Assembly (NCBI RefSeq): GCF_000012285.1
Contig: NC_007181.1
Coordinates: 1,680,001-1,712,000, forward strand
Direction of reading: 5' to 3'
From: Sulfolobus acidocaldarius DSM 639
Lineage (GTDB): Archaea; Thermoproteota; Thermoprotei_A; Sulfolobales; Sulfolobaceae
DNA: 32,000 nt
Every line of letters begins with the position of its first letter. The first letter of the stretch is position 1. The notes below the pieces were generated by a model. The model saw nothing but the letters and a program-made list of their open reading frames with translations, had not been told where the DNA came from and made no database searches. The position numbers and the translations under genes are program-made. Below, one piece after another: positions 1 to 8,339 of the stretch.

Positions 1-63
1 CGTTATGAACTTCTTGTCGCCGAACTCCTTCTCAAAGGTTTTTGTAATGGTCTCAGCTTCCAT
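1..63 (-). CDS. 5' end of an unidentified gene running off the left edge (partial)
   Basis: The reverse complement of 1-63 reads ATG GAA GCT... = MEAETITKTFEKEFGDKKFIT, with no stop before the window edge. Only 21 codons are visible, so no family can be assigned. Confidence 0.25.
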   Translation of the reverse strand, partial: MEAETITKTFEKEFGDKKFIT

Positions 64-299
64 GATAATATTTACGTTGAATATGTATTAAAGTGTGACC
101 TTTTCTCAGTGAAAGGTGGAAAGCCTGTGAATGAGTGATGACATGAATTTTTAAGAAATGGCTCCCTCTATAATTTAACTTAATCCTGGTTATGGTAATA
201 CTCTTATCTAAGCTGTGAGACTTTACAACGTTAATTTTGCAGTGTAGGGGTTACGATACCTGACCTTTCCCACTAAAACAGTTTTTGAGCGTTAGCAAA

Positions 300-885
300 G
301 GTATTCAGTTGCTTTTTCCTAGTCTCTGACCAATCAGAACACGGTAAATATTGAACTCCTCATACTTTCATCTTTTACCTCGTCCTTGTCTATGCAGGTA
401 TGTCTAATAAAGACTCTATGCTCTTTTATAGTGTCTTGCAACATCTTATCTCCTTCTGCATTCTTAGCTTTACTACAGTCTGAAAGGAGTATCTCTCTAA
501 TCCTTGCATCAATCCTAGCCTTAGAACATTTAATATGTTCTATAGCATCATTCATATACCTTTCATCTAGCGTTTCCTTGATCTCCACGAAAACGCCTTA
601 TAACTGTAGTCCTTTCCGCTCTCAAAGCAGTATCTTACTTCATCCTTCTCATAACTAACTTTCTGAGTTACACAGAGTGCATCTACGCTTTTCCATATGT
701 TGTGAGCTTATCATATTTTATGCACAAGACTCCTTCTCCAACACTTATGAGCCCATTTAGTTTCAATGTTCTCTTCCTCCCTGCTTATCAGCTCTTTTAT
801 ACCCTAATTAGAAGCAGGGAATATAGTCTTAAATGACTCCACAAAGCCCTCCTCATCTACCTTCCTCCCCTTTTCGTGTATTTAA
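300..885 (-). pseudogene. Decayed inverted copy of the 3' end of the ABC-type ATPase gene plus its small partner gene (paralog of 3990-4540)
   Basis: The reverse complement of about 300-885 aligns by eye with 3990-4540. Example: 700-752 versus 4110-4160 (ataagtgttggagaaggagtcttgtgcataaaatatgataagctc). The ATPase tail reads VDEEGFVESFKTIFPASN*GIKELISREEENIETK, with an in-frame stop and the terminal TGA changed to TGG. The partner-gene copy needs at least two frameshifts to follow MKLNGLISVGEGVLCIKYDKL..KSVDALCVT..VEIKETLDERY. Only the last 84 codons (334-588) remain as an intact ORF. Confidence 0.65.
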
Positions 886-2047
886 TCACAAGTAGTAACA
901 GTACCACCACTACTAGAGCCGTGATAACAACATATAATGATAGACCCTCTGTGGTCGTCGACGATGAAGGACTAGAGTTACTAGAGGTATTCATTGAAGT
1001 AGAGTTACTAGAGCTATTGATTGAGGTAAAGTTAATGGAAGAGTTAACGTATTCTGCCACAAGCCTCCCACCCTCATCTATATACACGGTCTCAGGAGAC
1101 GGTAGGTAAAACACCTTCGACCTTACACCGTCTATTTCCACAGGTTGGGGAAAACTCAACTCTATCTTCTTCTCTAGTGCGAACGTGTAGTTTATGGTCA
1201 TGAACGGGCTTACCCTATCTCCACTATCAAATGGAGTTTGATTTTCGAAAAAGTGTTCACCATTCGAAACCCACAGGCTGTCTGGAGGGAAAGTGTATAC
1301 CGTGTTATTGACTATAACGACACTGAAGTTATAGAGTAGCTGAGGGCTAGTAACGTTACCATATACTACCCAGACCCTTCCGTTGTAATAGTAAGCTGTA
1401 CCGTTATAGGCTCGCTCTCCGGTGTTAACCCAACCGCTGTAAGCTACTGGCGGGACATACCAGCTCCCATTGTACTTGTATAAGCTCACTATCGATATGT
1501 TAAAACCCTTAGCCAGATAGGATATCTCCCCATTTCCATAGCCCGCTACAACAGTACCAATGGTATAGCCATCGTATATTATGTCCAAAAACTTTCCTTC
1601 CAAGATGTAGGTCTTCTCGAAAGTTGAAGTCCCGTCTGACGCGTAGAAGGTTATCACGGTGTTGTTTCCTTCAGGAGTCCAAATAGTGGTCAAGTTTATC
1701 TCATTTCCCATAAGGTAAGATAGACGAGAGACGTCATAGTGCCCGTTATAGTAAACACTGGTGGTCCAGATAGACTCGTTGTTAGTTAAAGGTTGTATTA
1801 CGTTCTGGACGAACGTGCTCTCTCCGTTCACGTTCAGGTAGATGTTCTGCTGTACGGAGATCATAGGTGATCCAGAGGCTAGAGAAATGTTATACATAGT
1901 TATTATGGACTGGATTCCTTCCATTTCCACGTATCCGAATTCATATCCATAGTTTGTGGGTTCATAAATTATCTCCCCAGAGGAGTGGGTTGATGAAAGA
2001 GAGAGGAGTAATAACAATAGAGGGACTACAAATCTTAGTATGCACAT
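857..2047 (-). CDS. Secreted, C-terminally membrane-anchored surface glycoprotein (function unknown)
   Basis: N-terminal signal-like segment MCILRFVVPLLLLLLSLSS. Many N-x-S/T sequons across the body. Ser/Thr-rich stalk (SSSNSTSMNTSSNSSPSSSTTTE) followed by a hydrophobic anchor (LYVVITALVVVVLLLLVI) and a basic tail KRGGR. This topology is typical of Sulfolobales surface proteins. Confidence 0.75.
   Translation of the reverse strand: MCILRFVVPLLLLLLSLSSTHSSGEIIYEPTNYGYEFGYVEMEGIQSIITMYNISLASGSPMISVQQNIYLNVNGESTFVQNVIQPLTNNESIWTTSVYYNGHYDVSRLSYLMGNEINLTTIWTPEGNNTVITFYASDGTSTFEKTYILEGKFLDIIYDGYTIGTVVAGYGNGEISYLAKGFNISIVSLYKYNGSWYVPPVAYSGWVNTGERAYNGTAYYYNGRVWVVYGNVTSPQLLYNFSVVIVNNTVYTFPPDSLWVSNGEHFFENQTPFDSGDRVSPFMTINYTFALEKKIELSFPQPVEIDGVRSKVFYLPSPETVYIDEGGRLVAEYVNSSINFTSINSSSNSTSMNTSSNSSPSSSTTTEGLSLYVVITALVVVVLLLLVIKYTKRGGR
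975..1028. repeat. Two tandem 27-bp units (24/27 identical) inside the Ser/Thr-rich stalk of the 857-2047 gene
   Basis: 975-1001 is gagttactagaggtattcattgaagta and 1002-1028 is gagttactagagctattgattgaggta. A more diverged third unit follows. The units encode the 9-aa repeats INSSSNSTS / MNTSSNSSP on the minus strand. Confidence 0.8.
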
Positions 2048-2916
2048 ATTAATCTAGGTAAATATATTAAAAACATTTTAGCTCACAATTAGGTTATTGA
2101 CCACCCAAATTAAAGGTCTCGAAAACTTTACATGGTTTAGCTCCGCTGTTATGAAGATTTTAACCTTGGTGATAGTGTAGATAGGGTGAAATTATAAGGA
2201 AGGATCAAGAAAGAGGAGGTCTAAAAGGGATTGAGGTAAGGGAAATAGAATAAGCCAAGGAGCATACTTATAGGTTTGTATAGCGACTTTGCATAACTAC
2301 AAGTCGTTCTAGACAAGTTTCTTACAAGTTTGAGGGTATCACTTTTAGAATTAAATTTGTATTATTCTATCAAGTAAAGGTATTAATTGAGGATTATGTA
2401 AAGTATGCTTTAAATTCTTTTAATGTGACCTTATTTGAGGTTTAGATTTTAACTCACTTTCTGAAGAAGTAATCCAAATAGCCACAAACTTCACCACAAG
2501 ACTCTTGATGTGCTTCTAGTAATTTCAGCTTCTCTCTTAAGACCCTCGGCTTTCACAACTCCTGTATAGACATGATAAGTATAGTAAAGACATACAATAA
2601 TCAACGTTTAAGGATTAGAGGTTCAGAATCATTTAAAAGATTAAGGTATAGATACTAAAGTGATTATCCTTACTTTATTATGTTGGATCAGAGGTGTAGT
2701 ACACCGCTCAAGCAGTGAAGTGTAGAGGTTTAGAAACCTATCTAATCCCTTATCTACCAGTATTACCAACTTTCCCATAACCCCAAATAAAGGATAAGCT
2801 ATACTTAAAGAAGAAAATAATTCATATCTAAAGCCAGTATAAAGGCTATATTTAATTATGTCTTCTAGAAAAGGCTTTAGGAAAGTATTTTACCTTGGCA
2901 AGTTTTAACACAAAGT

Positions 2917-4107
2917 ATGAAAATAAGAATTAACAACATTGGTCCCATTAAGGAGGCTGACCTCGAGTTTTCTGATAAAGCCGTGATAGTTGGTGGAAAT
3001 GCGACCGGAAAGACGTTCATTGCCGCGTTAGTGTACTTTTTACTTAATCCATTGATCATGGTAGACAGACCCTTAAAGTATAAGCTAGAGCTCCCTGCTA
3101 AGATAGAGGAAAATAGGGAGGTCTCCCTCGAGATTCCAGTAAATTATAAGGACATAATGGAAGAGAATAAAGATTTAATCGGTGCAGCAGTTAAAAGGAC
3201 ACTAACTTCTATATTTGGAGCCAGTATCGGAGAGCTTATAAGATTTCGGGAGACTGAGGGTGTTGTAGAAAACGAAAAAATTAAAATTATTCTACATAAG
3301 GAAAACGTTGAAGTAATTCCAAAAGTTGACCAGAGAGAAAACCTAAACGTCCAAATATTTAAGACCTCCAATAACTTTCCAGGCTGTGTTACTTCCATAA
3401 GCCCAGACGGTAAAATTGTGGTAATGGGTAACAGACCAGAGATATGTCTTGAGAATTCAATAGGGAATTTTATCCTCACAAGGTTCTTAGTTGACCCTTC
3501 CTATTCTCCTGTGGCATACATTAGTACTGAGAGAATAGCATCAATATTTTATCTGCCAAGCAACTTAAACAGGCTAATTCTACCTCCAGTGTCCGCTAGC
3601 CTAGTTAAGCCCCTAATCGCCGATTTTCTAAAGTATATAACGCCTAATACTAAATTTACTTTGTTTGGTCATGAAATAGAGGTCAATAAGGAGCTGATGA
3701 TTAAGGTGTCTAAAGAGGGAAAAGAGGTGAACTCTTCACTGGTGTCTACTGGAATATACCAATTTATCCCTGTGGAGCTTGCCCTACAGCATCCGCTATT
3801 GAAGACGGTGATAATAGAAGAACCCGAAATAAACTTGCACGTTAATGCACAGATTGAGGTAGCAAAAAGATTAGCCCGTGAAAAAGCTAAAAAGTTGCTT
3901 ATAACTACTCACAGTGAATGGATACCAATGTATGTAGCAAAGCTATCTAAGGGTTCGAAGATCTACGAGATTGTAGAAGGTGTGTTAGAAGAAAGGAAAG
4001 TAGATGAGGAAGGTTATGTAGAAACGTTTAAGACTATATTCCCTGTGGCTGATAAGGGTATAAAAGAGCTGATAAGCAGGGAGGACGAGAATATTGAAAC
4101 TAAATGA
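2917..4107 (+). CDS. ABC-type (AAA_15/AAA_21-like) ATPase
   Basis: SMC/ABC-like N-terminus MKIRINNIGPIKEADLEF..VIVGGNATGKTF (Walker A at aa 26-33). Signature-like LVSTGIYQ. Walker B TVIIEEPEINLH. H-loop LITTHSEW. The layout matches stand-alone ABC ATPases that are often paired with a small effector gene. Confidence 0.8.
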   Translation: MKIRINNIGPIKEADLEFSDKAVIVGGNATGKTFIAALVYFLLNPLIMVDRPLKYKLELPAKIEENREVSLEIPVNYKDIMEENKDLIGAAVKRTLTSIFGASIGELIRFRETEGVVENEKIKIILHKENVEVIPKVDQRENLNVQIFKTSNNFPGCVTSISPDGKIVVMGNRPEICLENSIGNFILTRFLVDPSYSPVAYISTERIASIFYLPSNLNRLILPPVSASLVKPLIADFLKYITPNTKFTLFGHEIEVNKELMIKVSKEGKEVNSSLVSTGIYQFIPVELALQHPLLKTVIIEEPEINLHVNAQIEVAKRLAREKAKKLLITTHSEWIPMYVAKLSKGSKIYEIVEGVLEERKVDEEGYVETFKTIFPVADKGIKELISREDENIETK

Positions 4108-4540
4108 GCTGATAAGTGTTGGAGAAGGAGTCTTGTGCATAAAATATGATAAGCTCTACAGGATTGGAAAGAGCGTCGATGCGCTATGTGTGACTATGAA
4201 AGTTAATGAAGAAGAGAGAAAGAGGTATTGCTTCGAAAGCCAGAATAATGAAAGTTATGAGGCAATTCTGGTAGAAATCAAAGAAAAGCTAAACGAAAAG
4301 CATCTGAAAGAAGCCATAGACCAGATTACATGTTCTAAGTCTAGGATCGATGCAAAGATCAGAAGGGCATTTATACTCCTTTCAGACTGTAGTAAAGCTA
4401 AGACTGCACAGGAAGATAAGATGTTATTGGAGGCAATGAAACAGTACAAGATCCATATTACAAACGTTTGCCTAGATGTGGATGAGGTTAAAGATGAAAG
4501 TACAAAGAATCTGATAAATACTGCAACTGAGTTGAGTTAA
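4094..4540 (+). CDS. Small partner protein of the ABC-type ATPase (unknown function)
   Basis: The TTG start lies 14 nt inside the end of the ATPase gene. A diverged paralog survives at 334-588 on the minus strand, about half of residues identical by eye over the shared C-terminal region. Conserved CSK(S/A)RIDA..LLSDCSKAK..DEVKDES segment. I recognise no catalytic motif. Confidence 0.6.
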   Translation: MKLNELISVGEGVLCIKYDKLYRIGKSVDALCVTMKVNEEERKRYCFESQNNESYEAILVEIKEKLNEKHLKEAIDQITCSKSRIDAKIRRAFILLSDCSKAKTAQEDKMLLEAMKQYKIHITNVCLDVDEVKDESTKNLINTATELS

Positions 4541-4781
4541 AGAGTAAGTAATAGAAAATATAACTGAAACATCTTTTCCTACTTTCACAGCGACTCTATA
4601 CATTTTTAATTATTTGAATGAAGTGTCGTTTCTCAAATTTAATTTGAGTTAGATAATAAAATTGGGAGAGCCTTTTAATTCAGGGAAGCGAGGTATTCAG
4701 AAATTCTCAGTGATATTTGCCTCATCGGGAGTTTTCGTATAATTACCTTTATTCTGTTTAATTATTAAAAAAATACTTGTA

Positions 4782-6024
4782 AGTCCACTGACAACGGTTT
4801 ATAAATATCTTGTCAGTAAACTATCAAATAAGGAAGTAATAAACAGGATTAATCCTTGGTGGTTCTACGAGAACTGGGAGTCAAAGGATAAGCACCTAGC
4901 AGAGTGGAGTTCTCAGAAGTACAGGTGGACTCCACGGTGGATCAGCGAGCTTTCTCTAGAGCCCTTCAGCTTAAACTTTGTTTATGGCACTAGGCAGACT
5001 GGAAAGACCACAGGACTAAAGCTGTTGATAAAGGAGGTAATAGAGAGGGGGAACTTTTCGCCAATGGCTATCTACTACATGGATCTGGACTATGTCACAT
5101 CCCTTTCAGAGTTCAGGAGGATTTTAGGGAATGTGATCAAAGAGAGGAAGAAAAGGGGTCAGACTGAAAACTTAATAGTCCTCGATGAGGTTACGTCTGT
5201 TGACGAGTGGTGGAGGGTACTAAAGTTCTTCCTTGACGAGGGGGAGTTTAAGGATGATGTTATCATAGTGAGCGGTTCCTCCACGCTAGGTCTAACAAAG
5301 GTTCCAGAGAAGTTTCCGGGAAGAAAGGGTAAAGGGAAAGGGATTAAGGTGCCCACATTATCTTTCCCGGAATTTGCAGAGGTCTTAGGTCACAAGAGAG
5401 AGGGCTTACTCTACGATAATTCCAGAGCCTTAGCTCTGTTTGAAGATTATAAGATGAAGGGAGGATTTCCTAAGTCTATTAACGGTAACCGTGATGCGAG
5501 AGGTGCCCTAATCGACGGGATATTGTCTGAAGTGTACAAGCACAGTAGGAGTCCAAGAATAGTTCAGGATATTCTGTACTCACTGATGGACAAGATACCT
5601 TCAGCAATATCTTACAATTCAGTAGCTAATGAACTTGGGATTTCCCACAACACGGTAAGGGAGTACCTAGATTTTCTCTCCGACATACTCCTGATTGGAA
5701 TTGCCTTTCTAAAGGAGGGAGACGAAGTAAGCTGTCAGAAAGGAAAAGAAAGTGTTCTTTCGGGATCCATTCATATTACACTCAACCTCTGAGTGGGTAG
5801 GAAGAGAATTTAATAACAGTGCTCTCTTGGAGAGCGTAGTCCAAGAGCATCTGTTCAGGAAGTTCGGTGAGGTCTACTTCTTCAAGGGCTCCTATGAAAT
5901 AGGCGTGGTCTCAGGAGAGTATAAGATAGAGGTGAAGAGTGGGAGGGCTCATAGGGGATACCCAAGGGGTGTTACTGTGCTATCAGAAGAGAGTATTCCA
6001 AGGTTCCTGTTGGAGCTCCTGTGA
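4782..6024 (+). pseudogene. AAA_14 / DUF4143-type ATPase, disrupted (no canonical start before the P-loop, plus one frameshift)
   Basis: The frame is open from 4782 and encodes ..INPWWFYENWE..LNFVYGTRQTGKTTGLKLL (P-loop at 4986-5012). No ATG/GTG/TTG occurs in frame before the TTG at 5025, which is downstream of the P-loop. The frame also breaks at about 5725-5735: ..AFLKEGDEV then continues in frame +1 as RKEKKVFFRDPFI.. (ORF 5752-6024). Confidence 0.7.
4798..4807 (+). promoter_or_regulatory. TATA-box-like element upstream of the AAA_14-type ATPase pseudogene
   Basis: tttataaata matches the Sulfolobus TATA consensus (TTTAWATA-like). It lies just after the in-frame stop at 4779-4781 that opens the reading frame. 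Confidence 0.35.
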
Positions 6025-6231
6025 AAAATGGGATTAATTGAGGTATGTGTAGACATCTTTTACTATATACCACCTCTGAATTCATCACTGGATTGTGGGA
6101 CTCGTCCTCACTTTGTCGTGCAGGCAGATGGGAATTTTGTTATCATGATTCTGTGCTAAACCCACACTCATGAATTTCTTCGGGAGGGTATAAATCCTTA
6201 AAGTACCTCAGTATGTAAACCCCTCTAAAAA

Positions 6232-6642
6232 ATGGAAGTTATTATACATCCCCATGTCTATACTAAAGGTATTTCCATAGACTCCTACACAAAATTATTC
6301 GGAGAATTTTCTGAATTACATTGGAGTAATAGTGAGTTGGGTGAAAAAGGTTTAAGAGCTATTGAACCTTATAAGGATGTAAGATCTAAAATTGTCATCT
6401 TATTTGGTACATACGGCATAGGAGACTACACAGATGACAGTGACGTCAACCTTCTGGTAATATCTAGATATTGGCTGAAAGATCACATAGAAACCTTTGG
6501 TACGCTATATAGGATTTGGAGACATAAAGTGATTCTGACACATATGACTGTTAATATTTTCCTGAACAGGTTTAGAGCCTGTAGCATTTTTGTCCTAAAA
6601 ATATGGAGGATGGAAACATCTCATGTGATGAGGAGGTGTTGA
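6232..6642 (+). CDS. Minimal nucleotidyltransferase (MNT-like, HEPN-MNT toxin-antitoxin family type)
   Basis: ILFGTYGIGDYTDDSDVNLLVIS matches the MNT signature G-[ST]-x-x-x-G-x(4-6)-SD-x-D-L-L-V. The C-terminal third is odd. An alternative frame near 6600-6690 reads PKNMEDGNISCDEEVLISEVYRIFR, so the 3' end may be frameshifted. Confidence 0.6.
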   Translation: MEVIIHPHVYTKGISIDSYTKLFGEFSELHWSNSELGEKGLRAIEPYKDVRSKIVILFGTYGIGDYTDDSDVNLLVISRYWLKDHIETFGTLYRIWRHKVILTHMTVNIFLNRFRACSIFVLKIWRMETSHVMRRC

Positions 6643-6865
6643 TTAGTGAGGTTTATAGGATATTTCGTTAGGTCGGGAAGAGGTTTAGTTGGTAAAGATT
6701 CTTCGAGTCTTGAACAAATAAAAACAGTATAGTCCTGATGTTATATGAGATTTAATAAGGCATAGGTTGTTAATCATCTCATAGTTCTCAAGTGTCTTTA
6801 CGCTTTAATGTGTTTTGTTTTTAATAACTTTGTAGAACGGTTAACGTAAAGTTTAACTTACTAAA

Positions 6866-6874
6866 TTTTTAAAA
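6866..6874 (+). promoter_or_regulatory. TATA box for the plus-strand RAMP/protease operon (leaderless-type spacing)
   Basis: tttttaaaa is centred about 25 nt upstream of the ATG at 6895. That is the spacing expected for a Sulfolobales leaderless first gene. Confidence 0.4.
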
Positions 6875-6894
6875 TCCTATAACAATATTTAATT

Positions 6895-7158
6895 ATGCAG
6901 AACAAAAGGACTGAGAACGATATCGAGAAGTTGAAGGTAATACTCAATGTAGTGATGCAATACAAACTATCTGGACATGTTAATGATGAAATAGTAAAAA
7001 GACTAGCCCTAAGCGTAAAGTCATTGAAGTACCTGAGAAATGAAGAGTATGGACCAAGAATTGACAAAACCTTTAGCCTTTTAATACAGAATAAACTCGA
7101 TGAGGCAATTAAAGAGATGAGAGATATAATACTGAGTTTTTATGGTGGGCATGATTGA
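6895..7158 (+). CDS. Small, apparently all-helical protein, first gene of the RAMP operon (possible Cas11-like small subunit; unproven)
   Basis: 87 aa with a charged, helix-favouring composition. Its TGA (7156-7158) overlaps the TTG start (7155) of the Cas7-like gene. The Cas11 idea rests only on position and composition. Confidence 0.5.
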   Translation: MQNKRTENDIEKLKVILNVVMQYKLSGHVNDEIVKRLALSVKSLKYLRNEEYGPRIDKTFSLLIQNKLDEAIKEMRDIILSFYGGHD

Positions 7159-8339
7159 TTAAGGTCATACCTGTATTAATAAAAACCATGTCGATAACTA
7201 GGATAGGATCTACGGGTGTATATTTTGACTACGCCTCTGCTGATATAGTAACTTATAAATTGCCCCTTCAAGATTCTAACGAAGTTTACTATATTCCAGC
7301 AATACCTGCGACATCTTTTAAAGGTTTACTGAGGTCAACATATGAGAAATACCTAAGATGGAATAATGTAGGTTATCAGAGGAGAGAGGTTAAGAAAGAA
7401 CGAATCAAGAATATAATTAATGAATATAGTGTTAATCATGGCGATACGGTTAAGGAACTGGTTGAGGAAATGAAGAGCGAACTACGGAGGTATATATCGG
7501 GTGGGCTGATTAAAAACACAAATCTTCCTGACGACATTACAGAGCTAATTATACTCTACTTAAACGTAACTGGTTGGAACAGTAAGGACGCATGTTACGT
7601 AACTTCAGACCTAGACCAATGTGTTAATTTAAGTATTATAGAAGACGAAGGTGTGAGAAAAAAGAAAGAGTTGTGGTTAAAGCTTATGGAGAGAGACCAA
7701 ATATGTAAGGTGTGTAATGTTTTAGGTAGTTCAGGGGTAAGGGGAAAAGTCAAGTTTACGGACTTAATAGCTGTGGACCCATTCCCTGTGTATATCGAGA
7801 GAAGTACTCATATAGCCATAAATAGATTGACAGGTACTGCAGAAAAAGGGAAGATCTTCACGGAAGAGATAATACCTCCGGGTGTTAAATTCTTGGGTTT
7901 TGTTGCAGTGCTAGATAACTCTATCCTCAACCAGGTTAGGGAGATGTTAAGAATACTAAAGACCAAGGCAGAGAGGGGAGAGGTCTGGATAGGAGGTAGG
8001 GGTACAGCTGGGTACGGTACCTTTGAGATGCACCTCCCACCTGAGATAATTGAGTTTTCAACACACTCCTTATTTAGGGGTAGACGTTTAGGGTTAAAGG
8101 AGAGTGAGCCAGCTCCTAATCCGACTATAGTTAATGGTATCATTAGTAAGCTATACCCGAGTAGTTTTACTTCTTCGTTGGTAGAGGTCACTGAGGGTGA
8201 GGTAGAGTACGAGGTGGTTATTGAAGGTGAAGGAGTAACTAAGGTTAAATCTGTTGATGATTTAAAGAAAATTACAAGTGAGCTTGATAAATCTGGTAAA
8301 AAGTACCAAATAAAAACACATGGTGAATATCACCTATGA
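7155..8339 (+). CDS. cas7: Type III Cas7-like RAMP protein (Csm3/Cmr4-like) with a long internal insertion and a C-terminal extension of about 100 aa
   Basis: RAMP hallmarks in the translation are: N-terminal strand MIKVIPVLIKT..RIGSTG; IPATSFKGLLRS (aa 50-61, cf. IPGSSlKGalRs); CKVCNVLGSSGVRGKVKFTD (aa 184-203); HIAINRLTGTAEKGKIFTEEIIPPGVKF (aa 219-246, cf. iDR.TG.a...LF..E.vp.G..F); and the Gly-rich loop IGGRGTAGYGTF (aa 279-290). The TTG start at 7155 overlaps the upstream stop. The in-frame ATG at 7188 is an alternative start. Confidence 0.8.
   Translation: MIKVIPVLIKTMSITRIGSTGVYFDYASADIVTYKLPLQDSNEVYYIPAIPATSFKGLLRSTYEKYLRWNNVGYQRREVKKERIKNIINEYSVNHGDTVKELVEEMKSELRRYISGGLIKNTNLPDDITELIILYLNVTGWNSKDACYVTSDLDQCVNLSIIEDEGVRKKKELWLKLMERDQICKVCNVLGSSGVRGKVKFTDLIAVDPFPVYIERSTHIAINRLTGTAEKGKIFTEEIIPPGVKFLGFVAVLDNSILNQVREMLRILKTKAERGEVWIGGRGTAGYGTFEMHLPPEIIEFSTHSLFRGRRLGLKESEPAPNPTIVNGIISKLYPSSFTSSLVEVTEGEVEYEVVIEGEGVTKVKSVDDLKKITSELDKSGKKYQIKTHGEYHL

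Noticed and set aside
386-658. 90-aa plus-strand ORF in the track
   Set aside because: It lies antisense to the decayed partner-gene copy (334-760) and has a low-complexity Ser/Leu/Ile composition typical of a shadow ORF. No independent support.
2048-2916. Possible ncRNA or mobile-element remnant in the 870-bp gap upstream of the ATPase gene
   Set aside because: I could not find terminal inverted repeats, a tRNA-like sequence or a coding remnant. The only feature is an imperfect palindrome, aggtttagaaacct, at about 2726-2740, which is too weak to call.
6744-6850. Short inverted repeats upstream of the RAMP operon (tatgagat/atctcata at 6744-6782; ctttacg/cgtaaag at 6797-6850) as operator sites
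   Set aside because: These are 7-8 bp arms in AT-rich DNA and are expected by chance. There is no second copy elsewhere in the locus to suggest a shared regulator site.
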